A stretch of DNA of 64,000 nt. Origin: Candidatus Poribacteria bacterium (GTDB lineage: Bacteria > Poribacteria > WGA-4E > WGA-3G). Each line of letters starts with the position of its first letter. The first letter of the stretch is position 1. The notes below the pieces were generated by a model. It was not told where the DNA came from, did not search any database, and was given only the letters and a program-made list of their open reading frames with translations. The stretch spans positions 2,560,001-2,624,000 of the forward strand of contig OZ244048.1 in assembly GCA_965215265.1 (NCBI GenBank). Direction: 5' to 3'. A program made the translations under genes and the position numbers. Shown one piece after another: positions 1 through 9,457 of the stretch.

Positions 1-14
1 TCAGCACCGCTGAA

Positions 15-785
15 GTGCTTTGGACCTCGACGCTTGGGGATACATCCGTATCCACTGACTGGGTGCCAACCGCGGAGGAAAAAGTTAAAATCAGGGCACA
101 GGTTGTTTTTGAGGACACAGATGCGAGCGACAATACTGAATCGGCGTTCGTTACCGTCTATCCGAAGGACACTGCTGCTACAGATACGCAGATGGCGAAA
201 CCGCAGAAACTTGGAGACGGGGTTTACCAGCTCGGTAATGTGGTTTTTGATGTTAAGAAACGTGAAGTTACGGTGCCGGGCGAAATTAATATTGTCGGTG
301 CGGACGCAAATATTGAATTCTTTGCTTGTGGTAAACTGGGTAAGACGCACGAAAGCGTTCTTATCCTTGATGCGGAGCCGTTTTATATGTATGCTGCGCT
401 GGGTTCACTTGAGTTTAAGGCGGGTATGAATCTCGTTGAGGAAGGCGACCTGCGCCGACCGGAAGGTGCCCTCGTTGAAATCTGGGTAGAATGGGAACGT
501 GGGGATGAGACTATTTTTCGCCGGGCGGAGGACTTGGTATGGAACACTTTCGAGGAACGCCCGATGCAAGAAACGCCCTGGGTTTTCACCGGGGGGCGGG
601 TTGTAAATGACCAGCTCACCACGCAACTTTTTCATAACATCATTGCTGTTTATCGAGATCCGGATTCGCTTTTCAACCACCCATTGCCGACAGGGACTAA
701 TGATCTAACTTATCGTGTGAATACTGATATCATTCCGCCTAAAGGCACAAAGGTTAAGGTAATTATCCGACCTGTGCAGGCTTAG
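15..785 (+). CDS. YdjY-like domain protein, probably 5'-truncated by the window edge
   Basis: Frame is open from the window start. C-terminal half 'VVFDVKKREVTVPG...EFFACGKLGKTHESVL...PWVFTGG...IPPKGTKVKVII' resembles YdjY-domain proteins. Confidence 0.55.
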   Translation: MLWTSTLGDTSVSTDWVPTAEEKVKIRAQVVFEDTDASDNTESAFVTVYPKDTAATDTQMAKPQKLGDGVYQLGNVVFDVKKREVTVPGEINIVGADANIEFFACGKLGKTHESVLILDAEPFYMYAALGSLEFKAGMNLVEEGDLRRPEGALVEIWVEWERGDETIFRRAEDLVWNTFEERPMQETPWVFTGGRVVNDQLTTQLFHNIIAVYRDPDSLFNHPLPTGTNDLTYRVNTDIIPPKGTKVKVIIRPVQA

Positions 786-841
786 CACAAACAATTAACG
801 GCTGTAGAGACGTTCTACAGCAGGTTCTAGTCAGGAAAACG

Positions 842-1027
842 ATGCCAATTTTTGAATATCACTGTAACGAATGCGAAATCCGTTTTGAGGTGCTTCACCG
901 TGCTGGTAATTCCGCCAGAACCGTGAAGTGCCCGGTGTGTGGTGCACAAAACCCGACCAGATGCTTCTCGGCGTTTGCCACGGGTTCAACAACACAGAAG
1001 GAGTCTGACACTGCAGGCGTGACGTGA
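842..1027 (+). CDS. FmdB-family zinc-ribbon protein
   Basis: 'MPIFEYHCNECEIRFE...KCPVCGA...FSAFA' is the typical CxxC/CxxC FmdB pattern. AGGA RBS upstream. Confidence 0.85.
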   Translation: MPIFEYHCNECEIRFEVLHRAGNSARTVKCPVCGAQNPTRCFSAFATGSTTQKESDTAGVT

Positions 1028-1053
1028 GCGATTCCTAGCAGTGGCAGTTTGCC

Positions 1054-2475
1054 ATGATGAGACAGCCGGTTTCAAAGAATCAGCCCAAGCCTCCCAATAT
1101 TCTACGCGAAATTCAACGGAACAAGGTTGCCCCGGTTTATCTGCTCTCTGGAGAGGAGAGGTTCCTTATCGAAGGCACCCTGAAGCAGATGCTAGATAGT
1201 TTGTTAACCCCTGAGACGCGCGATTTTAATCTGTCCTTCTTAGAAGGGAGCGCTGTCACAATGCGGGAAATTCTTAGTCAGGTTGAGCTCTACCCGGTCA
1301 TGTCGAAATGGCGGATTGTGGTGGTTTACGAGCCGCAAATCTTCAAGACCAAGCAGAGCGCCACACCAATCACACTGCTCCGAAACGCAGTCAAACTTGA
1401 AAAAGAGGATACCCAGAAGTGTATCACCACGGCAACGAAACTCCTTGAAGTTACGGGTGGGCAGATTGCGGAACAACATCCGGATTTTACTGATGCCGCT
1501 GCGGCTATCATAGAGGAATTAGGGAATAAGTTAACTGATTCTGAGCGTGAATTCCTTGAGCGGTTACCAGAGATAGCGGCGAAAGTCGAAGTTCACTCTA
1601 CCGATATTGGAGCAACCGACGATGCCGAATTGCTGCTTGAATGGCTCCAAGGCGAATTGCCGAAAACGAGCATCTTGATATTGACAGTGGGACGGACAGT
1701 GAACGAACGGTCCCGCATTGTGAAAGCTATTCAGAAGATCGGCCGGTACGTTTCTTTTAAACCGTTGGAAAGAGGGAAGTCGCTGAACCAAGACCCGCTT
1801 TACAAAAAAGTTACCGAAAAGTTAGCAGAATTTAACAAGCAGATAACGCCGCGTGCTTTTGAGCAACTCCGTATGCGCACGGGCGGCGATATGCAAACCA
1901 CTGCTGAAGCTATCAACAAAATTGTTAATTTTGTGGGCGACAAACACCAAGTGGACGAGAAAGATGTCCGAAATATGGTAACGCAAAATGCATTTAACCG
2001 AATTTTTGACCTCACCGATGCGATCGGAAAACGTTCTCTGGCACAAGCGTTGAAAAGTCTTCATGAAGTGTTAGCCAGCGGTGAACCGCACCTCAAGGTT
2101 AATACGTTGATTATCCGGCAGCTCCGTCTCGCCTTACAAGCGAAATTGATAACCACCAAAAAGAAATTAAAACCGATCGGACGTAGAATGCCCCCCTATG
2201 CTTTTGATAATGAGATTTTTAAACCGCTCGCGCAGGAAATCTCAGGCTTACTTCCTAAAACCGCTGAAACGAACATCTTGAAGCAGAACCCTTACGCTGC
2301 GTACAAAATTTTTCAGACACTGCCCGCTTTCACCAATGAAGAACTCATTACAGCACTTGAAAAGGCACTTGAGGCGGATATCCGATTGAAAACAGATCAG
2401 TTAGATGCCACCTGCATTCTGGAAGAATTAGTATGTGAGTTGTGCCACAGCCCGAAAGGACGGAGGCGTCCTTAA
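1054..2475 (+). CDS. holA: DNA polymerase III subunit delta
   Basis: 'PVYLLSGEERFLI', 'DFNLSFLEG', 'IFDLTDAIG', 'LEADIRLKT...LEELV' are HolA motifs. Longer than usual because of insertions. Confidence 0.9.
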   Translation: MMRQPVSKNQPKPPNILREIQRNKVAPVYLLSGEERFLIEGTLKQMLDSLLTPETRDFNLSFLEGSAVTMREILSQVELYPVMSKWRIVVVYEPQIFKTKQSATPITLLRNAVKLEKEDTQKCITTATKLLEVTGGQIAEQHPDFTDAAAAIIEELGNKLTDSEREFLERLPEIAAKVEVHSTDIGATDDAELLLEWLQGELPKTSILILTVGRTVNERSRIVKAIQKIGRYVSFKPLERGKSLNQDPLYKKVTEKLAEFNKQITPRAFEQLRMRTGGDMQTTAEAINKIVNFVGDKHQVDEKDVRNMVTQNAFNRIFDLTDAIGKRSLAQALKSLHEVLASGEPHLKVNTLIIRQLRLALQAKLITTKKKLKPIGRRMPPYAFDNEIFKPLAQEISGLLPKTAETNILKQNPYAAYKIFQTLPAFTNEELITALEKALEADIRLKTDQLDATCILEELVCELCHSPKGRRRP

Positions 2476-2568
2476 ACATTTTCCAAATTAGGTTTCCCAA
2501 TTTTTTACTATCCTTTTCGTGCATTGGAGACTCTATTTATTAAGAACAAAAAATCGGAGGGACCGGTA

Positions 2569-2805
2569 ATGGTAGAAATAATTGTCATTATTGCGATTAT
2601 ATTTGGAAGTATTATTGTAACAACGCTTGGATGCGTCTGGATGGGTACGTCGTACTCCGCTAAGAAACGGGGCTTGACAAAGGGTGCGTCGCAACGCGAA
2701 ATAGAGGCAGTGCAGCAACAGCTCGCCAAGGTTCAAGAAGAAGTAGCCACGATTAAGAATGAAGTTGAACGGCTAATCAAAGTGGCTAAGGGCATTGACG
2801 AGTGA
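2569..2805 (+). CDS. Small membrane protein (N-terminal TM + coiled coil)
   Basis: GGAGG RBS at 2556-2560 before ATG 2569. Hydrophobic N-terminus and heptad-like C-terminus. Confidence 0.7.
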   Translation: MVEIIVIIAIIFGSIIVTTLGCVWMGTSYSAKKRGLTKGASQREIEAVQQQLAKVQEEVATIKNEVERLIKVAKGIDE

Positions 2806-2817
2806 AGGAGAAATCGG

Positions 2818-3159
2818 ATGATATTACTACTACTACTCATATTTCTCGTTGCAATGTTCTTTGTATTCGTAGAGTTTATGACTGCGATTACCGCGGTTAT
2901 AACCATTATCATGGGTAGCATTAGCGTCACTACGCTTACTATTGTGTGGATAGTAACTGCTCACTCACTGAAAAAGGCGGGGTACGATTCGAAAAGAGGA
3001 CAGCAGACGTATCAGGAAGTGAAATCCGGTTTGCAAGAGTTGTCGGCAGATTTGAGTGAATTTCATTTGCAGTTAGCAAAAGTGGAACCTCTTCTACGCG
3101 ATAGGGAGTTTCTAAAGTACGCCCGTCAAGCTCGTCCCTCCACTAAAAAATCTCCATAA
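2818..3159 (+). CDS. Small membrane protein, paralog of 2569-2805
   Basis: AAGGAG RBS. Shares 'II.GSI.VTTL..VW..T..S.KK.G' with the upstream ORF. Confidence 0.7.
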   Translation: MILLLLLIFLVAMFFVFVEFMTAITAVITIIMGSISVTTLTIVWIVTAHSLKKAGYDSKRGQQTYQEVKSGLQELSADLSEFHLQLAKVEPLLRDREFLKYARQARPSTKKSP

Positions 3160-3223
3160 GGGTTATAGGGTTCTGCCTGAATATCTCGCAATAGAGGAAT
3201 TGCTTCCATAAGCCACGGAAAGC

Positions 3224-4420
3224 TTAGGGTTTCAGCCAATAGTGAAATTCAACGCCTTTTTCCGCGGGGGCAACTACCCTTAATAAAACTGTGCTGTCTA
3301 TGAGTAAATCTACCGCCATGAAACCTGTATGGGCATGCGCGAATAAGGTATTGGGTCCGTCTGTGACTTCTGTGACTTTCCGGCTTGAGGCGGCTCCACT
3401 CACAAGGAGATAATCGGCACTGTCCCCTTTTAGTACCTGCAGAGAATGCTCATGTCCGGATGCATAGATTAAGAGAGGTGGCTCTGTAGGGTGATTCCTC
3501 GTTGAAAATGCTGCGTTCAGTTGCTGGACCATGTTTTTGTTGGATGCCCCACTGATATCCTGGTCGGATTTATAATGCCATCTTGCGAAATGATAGAGTG
3601 ACCCGACTATCGGTGTCGGTATCCAGCACCACTTTTTCCAATCTCTGAGTGCGAAAAGGTGCGCTTGCCAATTACGGAACCCACCATGCGGCCCATACGT
3701 CACGAGCGGATGATGCCCTATGACGATAATAGGCAAATCCGTGATTAACATCCGTTGCAGTCGTTCTATCACGATGGTAGAACTAATTTCAGTTTTCTCG
3801 TATCTGTGGAGCCACCATTGGGTATCAAGCACGATAAGCCGAACCACCGGTGCCGGTTGCGGTAAGTCCAATGCTACGGGTCCGGGGTGCCCTGCGTAGG
3901 GCAAAAAATTTGGCAGTCGCGATAAGTTGTGTGTGCGCAATTCTTCATTAATAAATTTCTCTTGCGTGCGTAGGGCGCTGTAGCCTTCTGCTTTGCCACT
4001 TGCCCAATCGTGATTGCCAGGGATAAATAAGCCGTGCGCGCCACTCGCTTTGATCGTAGCTAACTGTGGTCCGAGGCGTGTTGTCGCTTCGTCCTGCTTG
4101 TGTTCTGTCATCCCGTGTGGATAGATATTGTCGCCTAAAAAGACGATGCTGCTTTTTTGAGCATTTTTTCGTGCCCATTCCTCAAGTGATTTGAGAACCG
4201 GTTCGTCTTTTTTGGGGGCACCGCCGTCGCCAAGTAGAAGGATCCGATAAGCGAGCGCGGCATCCGGTTCAACGTCACCTTTCGTAGTGACAGGTACGCT
4301 TGAATCATAGTAAGGCGACGTGTGACTACACCCGGCAATTGTCAGTTGAATCACTTGCACAACTGCCAGGAATAGGAATATGGACCAGAGAAGACGCGAA
4401 CGTCGATAAGATGCTATCAT
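3224..4420 (-). CDS. Calcineurin-like metallophosphoesterase, exported, possibly a lipoprotein
   Basis: Motifs 'LGDGG', 'LGDNIY', 'PGNHDW', 'GHHP', 'SGHEHS'. Signal peptide with IAGC lipobox. Confidence 0.85.
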   Translation of the reverse strand: MIASYRRSRLLWSIFLFLAVVQVIQLTIAGCSHTSPYYDSSVPVTTKGDVEPDAALAYRILLLGDGGAPKKDEPVLKSLEEWARKNAQKSSIVFLGDNIYPHGMTEHKQDEATTRLGPQLATIKASGAHGLFIPGNHDWASGKAEGYSALRTQEKFINEELRTHNLSRLPNFLPYAGHPGPVALDLPQPAPVVRLIVLDTQWWLHRYEKTEISSTIVIERLQRMLITDLPIIVIGHHPLVTYGPHGGFRNWQAHLFALRDWKKWCWIPTPIVGSLYHFARWHYKSDQDISGASNKNMVQQLNAAFSTRNHPTEPPLLIYASGHEHSLQVLKGDSADYLLVSGAASSRKVTEVTDGPNTLFAHAHTGFMAVDLLIDSTVLLRVVAPAEKGVEFHYWLKP

Positions 4421-4424
4421 CTCT

Positions 4425-5756
4425 CTACGAAATGCTCAGTCCGTGCTTTATTTTAGCGACGAGCTGCTCGCGTGGTATAGTCTGTTGTGTTCTGCTCGCG
4501 AGGTGCCGGATAGCGACGTTCCCGGCTTCCACCTCGTCAGGCCCGAGGATCGCAACGTAAGGGATACCTCTGCTATCAGCGTACTTGAGCTGCCCACTAA
4601 GGCGTGCAGCATGAAAATAGACTTCGGTTTGTACACCCGCTTGGCGAAGAGAGGTTGCCAATTTGAGGGATTCCTGCATCAGTTGTTCATCAAAGAGAGT
4701 GACAAGTACCTGTGTCACCGTTTTTCCGACAGTGGGAGGGAACATAGAGAATTCCTCCATTACATCAATAATGCGTTCAATGCCGAAACTTGTTCCTGTT
4801 GCTGGATGACTCTGTTTACTGAAGTTTCCGATGAGTTCGTCGTATCTGCCGCCGCCGGTGATGCTACCGATTTTTGGTTGTTCGACAACCGTTTCATAAA
4901 TCGGACCTGTGTAGTACTCGAGGCCACGCACCATTGCGACGTTCACCCGGTAGCATTCCTCAGGAAGTTGGAGCATAGCGAGGTAGCTGCTGAGTTCTTT
5001 CAATTCAGCGATACCTTCCGTTGCGACTTCGGAATTCTCGAGTTTTTCAGCAAGTGCCCCGAGCACCGTCTCTGCGTCGCCTTCTATTTGAAGGAGCACA
5101 AGGAGTTTTTCAATCACGGTTTCTGGAATTTCATTTTTGCGTAATTCTTCTCTCACGCCGTCCAATCCGATTTTATCCAATTTATCAATAGAACGGTAAA
5201 GTCCACCGAGTTGTTCTGAAGGCACGCCGGCGAATTGCCCAATTCCGGTGATGAGTTTCCGGTCATTGATATTGATTTCAAACTGTTTGAATCCAAGGCG
5301 AGATAACACCTGATAGATAAGATTCACGTTTTCGGCGTCAGCCAACATGCTGTCGCTGCCGACGGTATCTGCATCGCACTGATAGAATTGCCTGTAACGT
5401 CCTTTCTGCGGACGTTCAGCGCGCCACACCGGGTCGATCTGGTAGCGCTTAAACGGTTTGGGCAGCTGCGGGTACATAGCGACGACACGGCAGAGCGGCA
5501 CGGACAGATCATAGCGCAGCGAGATATTCTCCTTGCCGCCGCTGTGTCCCGCCTGATAAATGAGTTTCTCTGCATCCGGTCCGTACTTGCCCATTAGCAC
5601 CTCTGAGAGCTCAAGTGCGGGTGTCTGCAGTGGTTCAAACCCGAAAGTCTCAAAGACGCCGCGAATGACATCTATGACGTAGTGCCTGCGAATCATCTGT
5701 TCTGGTAAAATATCCCGCGTTCCCCGGGGGACGCGCGGTTTGATAAAATTTGCCAC
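4425..5756 (-). CDS. hisS: Histidine--tRNA ligase
   Basis: 'PRGTRD', 'LRYDLSVP', 'WRAERPQKGRYRQFYQCDAD', 'RGLEYYTG', 'GGGRYD', plus anticodon-binding domain. Confidence 0.97.
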   Translation of the reverse strand: MANFIKPRVPRGTRDILPEQMIRRHYVIDVIRGVFETFGFEPLQTPALELSEVLMGKYGPDAEKLIYQAGHSGGKENISLRYDLSVPLCRVVAMYPQLPKPFKRYQIDPVWRAERPQKGRYRQFYQCDADTVGSDSMLADAENVNLIYQVLSRLGFKQFEININDRKLITGIGQFAGVPSEQLGGLYRSIDKLDKIGLDGVREELRKNEIPETVIEKLLVLLQIEGDAETVLGALAEKLENSEVATEGIAELKELSSYLAMLQLPEECYRVNVAMVRGLEYYTGPIYETVVEQPKIGSITGGGRYDELIGNFSKQSHPATGTSFGIERIIDVMEEFSMFPPTVGKTVTQVLVTLFDEQLMQESLKLATSLRQAGVQTEVYFHAARLSGQLKYADSRGIPYVAILGPDEVEAGNVAIRHLASRTQQTIPREQLVAKIKHGLSIS

Positions 5757-5792
5757 TGTTTTATCTCCGTTAGATTAGATTATCCTCTTTTT

Positions 5793-6572
5793 TTATATGT
5801 GTCCTGGGAGCGCTTGACTCCGTCGTCTGCGCAACCCTTTCTCCAACGTCTGCTTGAATTCCTCAATTTTCTCCTGCTTCCACGTATCCCTGAGAGACTT
5901 CGGATTTGCAATCAGAGTGGATTCGGACTCCCGTAGCAACTCAATGACTTTGAGTTCATTCGCGAGAAGCGTTCGCCGGGATGAGGTTGAATTGTCGATA
6001 ATAGCATCTGCCTCTTCCGGTGGTTTCCCTTCCGTCGCGCCAAAAGAGAGCATGAGCGTGAAGGGTGACTGGTAACTGCCACGAGTGTTGAGTCGCTTCC
6101 ACGGTGTTAAGATAGCAGGTGCAATTTTGTTATCGGTTTTTTCAAGGATATATTTCTCCGCGATGTTTAGATATTCAGTAGCGATGCGGATATCCCTATC
6201 GGCGAGATTCATCAGATCTTTAAATGTGTGGATATCTTCGCTTTGTTGCCGGACTGCTAAGACAATATCAATGCGTCCATATTCCAAAGGTAGGATTTCT
6301 TGAACATCTGCGTCTGTTTCTTCTACCCAATCTTGCCCTGTGATGCCTAAGTCGTAGAAGTCATCTATTCCGACGTAGACAGGGATCTCTTGTGGGCGCG
6401 AAATTTTTATCTGAAATTCACTGGCATTACGAATTGTGGCCCGATAGGATCTGTCTGTAGCACTGTATCCGTTGACATCGTACCCGGCACGTTGAAACAT
6501 CTCAAGCGTTTCGGACTGTAAAGAGCCTTTAGGTAAAAGGAGTTTCAACGTTTTTTGTGATTGGTTTTGCAT
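5793..6572 (-). CDS. hisG: ATP phosphoribosyltransferase, short form
   Basis: 'LLPKGSL', 'RPQEIPVYV', 'DLGITGQDW', 'IATEY', 'SFGATE', 'ADAIID'. No C-terminal ACT-like domain. Start set at ATG 6572 behind an AAGGGG RBS. Confidence 0.92.
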   Translation of the reverse strand: MQNQSQKTLKLLLPKGSLQSETLEMFQRAGYDVNGYSATDRSYRATIRNASEFQIKISRPQEIPVYVGIDDFYDLGITGQDWVEETDADVQEILPLEYGRIDIVLAVRQQSEDIHTFKDLMNLADRDIRIATEYLNIAEKYILEKTDNKIAPAILTPWKRLNTRGSYQSPFTLMLSFGATEGKPPEEADAIIDNSTSSRRTLLANELKVIELLRESESTLIANPKSLRDTWKQEKIEEFKQTLEKGLRRRRSQALPGHI

Positions 6573-6607
6573 AATAGGTTTCCCCTTCTGTTGTATATCT
6601 GCCCGAT

Positions 6608-8023
6608 TTAGAGCTCTGCGAGTTGGCACTGCTGGACTACGCCTGTTTTGAGATGCCTCCGCTGCATCGGTTCATCTACACTTAAGATGAGCACATACTC
6701 GTAGCCGGTCTGTGCGGCATAATCCAGCTGTGCCTGAGCGTCGCGTTCCATCAGGTCAACTTCCACGGTTTTGCCATCACGCCGCAGAGTTTCAGCAAGA
6801 CGTTGTGCTTCAGCAGCGAGCTCCGGCAAAGCCGTTGCAATGAAGTAGTCCTTTTTTTGTTGAAGCGATGCCGGCTCTGTTTGCGCGAAAACCTTCATCA
6901 GTGCGTCAAAGTGGAAGGCAAAACCGGCCCCGGGAAGTGGAGGACCTCCGAAGGTTTCAATGAGAGTGTCGTAGCGCCCACCGCCACAGAGGGGCAGCTG
7001 CAGCTCTGTTGATTCAATTTGAAAGACGGTACCCGTGTAGAAATCAAATCCACGTGTGAGCCCGAGGTCTATCTCAAAGTTGGTGATATCGTGATTCCGA
7101 AGCGCCTGACAGAGTGCTATGAGTTCCTTTTTTTCTTCATTTGCGATGCCGTCGAGATACTTGTCCCACACCGCTAAGACCTGTTCCTGAGCACCTCGAA
7201 TCTTTGAGACAGCGATACAGCATGCTGCAATCTCTTCCGATACTTGTAGATATCGATGCCATCTCGCCTTATAAGTTGATTCAGCAATTCTCGGCAGGTT
7301 CTCTGCCCATATTGCGGCGTTACTTTCAGAGAGTTCCTGAATGGTGTCCAATTCAATTTTGTGGGGGTAATCGGAACCTTGTATCCGTCGGAGTGTGTTG
7401 AGTTCATCTCGAATTTCTTCTACGTTAGGTGTGCTATGCAAACTTCCGGTTCTTTGGCGAGCGAGGGCATCTAAATCCATGATGATTTCGCCAAGGTCGC
7501 TTGGGTGGAGTTGGACGTTTTGAAAGATTCTGCGGAAGATACCAGGGTTGCCGATTTTGAGTTTTGTCTTGTTGACGTTCAGTTTCTCGAAGATGCGTAC
7601 CGGCATCGTTATAATTTCCGCGTCCGCAAGCACAGATTCGGCCCCGATCAGCTCAACACCGGCTTGCCGAAATTCCCTTCCGGCCGGCTCTTGGCGGACG
7701 CATTGCCCGACGTAGTAAAGTTTATACGGATAAGGCAGATGTTGGAGACTGCCATTTGCGATGAGCCTGCAGACAGGTGCAGTCAATTCAGGTCTCAAGG
7801 CATAATCTACCCGGTCTGATCCGACAAATGTAAACATTTTCTGACGTACCTCTTCGCCAGCCTGCGCGGATAAAAGCGCGAACGATTCAAACAGCGGTGT
7901 CTGAACCTGCGCGTATCCGTATGCCTCAAAGGTTTGACGAACGATATTTTCCACGTAATTCCTCTGAACCATCTGCTCAGGCAGAAAATCGTTTGTGCCA
8001 ATGGGTTTCGTAAACTTTTCCAT
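6608..8023 (-). CDS. hisZ: ATP phosphoribosyltransferase regulatory subunit (HisZ, HisRS-like)
   Basis: 'KPIGTNDFLP', 'ALRPELTAPVCR', 'REFRQAGVELIG', 'RGFDFYTG', 'GGGRYD'. Sits directly upstream of short hisG, and a canonical hisS is present separately. Alternative starts at 8044/8047. Confidence 0.8.
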   Translation of the reverse strand: MEKFTKPIGTNDFLPEQMVQRNYVENIVRQTFEAYGYAQVQTPLFESFALLSAQAGEEVRQKMFTFVGSDRVDYALRPELTAPVCRLIANGSLQHLPYPYKLYYVGQCVRQEPAGREFRQAGVELIGAESVLADAEIITMPVRIFEKLNVNKTKLKIGNPGIFRRIFQNVQLHPSDLGEIIMDLDALARQRTGSLHSTPNVEEIRDELNTLRRIQGSDYPHKIELDTIQELSESNAAIWAENLPRIAESTYKARWHRYLQVSEEIAACCIAVSKIRGAQEQVLAVWDKYLDGIANEEKKELIALCQALRNHDITNFEIDLGLTRGFDFYTGTVFQIESTELQLPLCGGGRYDTLIETFGGPPLPGAGFAFHFDALMKVFAQTEPASLQQKKDYFIATALPELAAEAQRLAETLRRDGKTVEVDLMERDAQAQLDYAAQTGYEYVLILSVDEPMQRRHLKTGVVQQCQLAEL

Positions 8024-8100
8024 AGATGGTGGAACCTCTATCATCATAAATTAGGTTAATCAATTTTGTTTGTGAGGTCAACCCCACAATTGGATATATC

Positions 8101-8185
8101 AAAAAAAATCCCCAGTAAACAGTTGCTCCTTTTGGCTGGTGCGTAAATAGTGCCAGCACAGAGGAGAGCGGTTAGTTTACCAGGG
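8101..8185 (-). terminator. Long hairpin + U8 tract upstream of hisZ (candidate attenuator terminator)
   Basis: Minus strand CCCTGGTAAAC...GTTTACTGGGG-A-TTTTTTTT, with inner pairings CTCCT/AGGAG and GCTGG/CCAGC. Confidence 0.55.
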
Positions 8186-8259
8186 TCAGTGCAAGTTTGA
8201 CTTGCGACATGTCCACAATATTATATGAGGAAAAACCACATCATTCTAATCCGCTCGAC

Positions 8260-8316
8260 TCAGGAATGAATCGAATGATGATGGCGAATGGTGTCAAACA
8301 TATTGAAGAAAAACAT
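8260..8316 (-). CDS. Candidate his operon leader peptide MFFFNMFDTIRHHHSIHS
   Basis: Manual translation gives 18 codons with 4 His (three consecutive CAT). Lies between a consensus promoter and hisZ-hisG-hisS. Confidence 0.7.
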   Translation of the reverse strand: MFFFNMFDTIRHHHSIHS

Positions 8317-8354
8317 GTTGTCTGTCAATTTATGCAGTTTATTAATTATCTCAT

Positions 8355-8383
8355 ATTATACCGTATTTCGTAGGCAATGTCAA
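8355..8383 (-). promoter_or_regulatory. Sigma70 promoter of the his leader/operon
   Basis: Perfect TTGACA (8383-8378), 17-nt spacer, TATAAT (8360-8355) on the minus strand. Confidence 0.85.
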
Positions 8384-8514
8384 ATTTATTTGCAGGTAGA
8401 CGGGCGGAAAGTGTCTAAAGGAGGTCTCTGGAACCGGCCTGTCAAACTACGGCAACCGTTCCAATATGCTAAAATTCTATAAATAGGCAACTTAGATTGG
8501 GCTACAAATTTCTC

Positions 8515-8543
8515 TTGACATTTTTCCGGAAAAATGGTATCGT
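8515..8543 (+). promoter_or_regulatory. Sigma70 promoter of the cupin gene with an overlapping palindrome
   Basis: TTGACA 8515-8520, 17 nt, TATCGT preceded by TGn. Perfect palindrome CATTTTTCCGGAAAAATG at 8519-8536. Confidence 0.6.
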
Positions 8544-8572
8544 TAAGATAAAAGTATATCAGGAGAAACAGA

Positions 8573-9205
8573 ATGGGATTTCCTGTTTACGATTACCGTA
8601 CGGATATTCGGAATGTTCTTGTAACCCCACAGATCCGTTCTCGTTTTTTACGGATGGAGCCTGGGCAAAGTGCGCAACTTCATAGTCACGATCTCGGGCA
8701 TGAGATTTTCCTGATTTTGGAAGGTCGAGTGGAATTTGAGATAGATGGTGAGAGCGAAGAATTAGGTCCTGGGCAGATGTGCATTGCTTTGGCGGATCAG
8801 CCGCACACGGTTCGGGTGCTGGGCGATAAACCGATGACGATGTATCTGTCGGTTACGCCGCATATCCATCCAACGCACACGCCGCGAACAGAAGGAGGCG
8901 AACGGCTTCCGCACAATTTCGCGCCGGCGCAAACTTATGATGTTCAGCCTGATATGCAGGTATCCATGTCAGAGTTAGTCGCGCGCCAAGTGCACGCGTC
9001 ACAATTGCTGGCGGAGTTGACTGAGACGTGCGCAGCAACTCAGCAAGAAATGGGCACGCGTCTTGTAGAGGCAATTGCCGACAGAGATATGGCTGCTGCC
9101 GCCGAAGCCCGTAAAGCGATGTGGGAGGCCCTGTTCCCCGTTTACCGTGCAGTTTATGAATTAGCCGATGTCTGGAACATACTTGCACCTCGTGCATCGG
9201 ACTAA
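8573..9205 (+). CDS. Cupin-domain protein
   Basis: 'LHSHDLGHEIFLILEG...LGPGQMCIALADQPH' cupin metal motif. AGGAG RBS. Confidence 0.85.
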   Translation: MGFPVYDYRTDIRNVLVTPQIRSRFLRMEPGQSAQLHSHDLGHEIFLILEGRVEFEIDGESEELGPGQMCIALADQPHTVRVLGDKPMTMYLSVTPHIHPTHTPRTEGGERLPHNFAPAQTYDVQPDMQVSMSELVARQVHASQLLAELTETCAATQQEMGTRLVEAIADRDMAAAAEARKAMWEALFPVYRAVYELADVWNILAPRASD

Positions 9206-9457
9206 CGCGTTTTTTTTGTTGTTTTCTAGCTCTTTTTATGGTATCATTAAAATGATAAGCGGTAGGTTTCTATGTTAGGGCAAAACTCCAAAATTCATAT
9301 TTGAGAGATACGGAAATTTGTCCAGTTTTACGCCTAGGGTTATTTAGTTTTCGACATTTTTGTGAATTTGCGAGCGATTACTCCTACAAGAGAGTCCAGC
9401 GATTTAGAGCATGTTCATAACGTAGAACCAAAACGCCCTGCCTTACCCCAATTTAAT

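Noticed and set aside
8101-8195. SRP RNA (contains GTTTACCAGGGTCAG)
   Set aside because: Lacks the conserved helix-8 GGAA/GNRA loop and AGCAG motif; better explained as part of the his leader.
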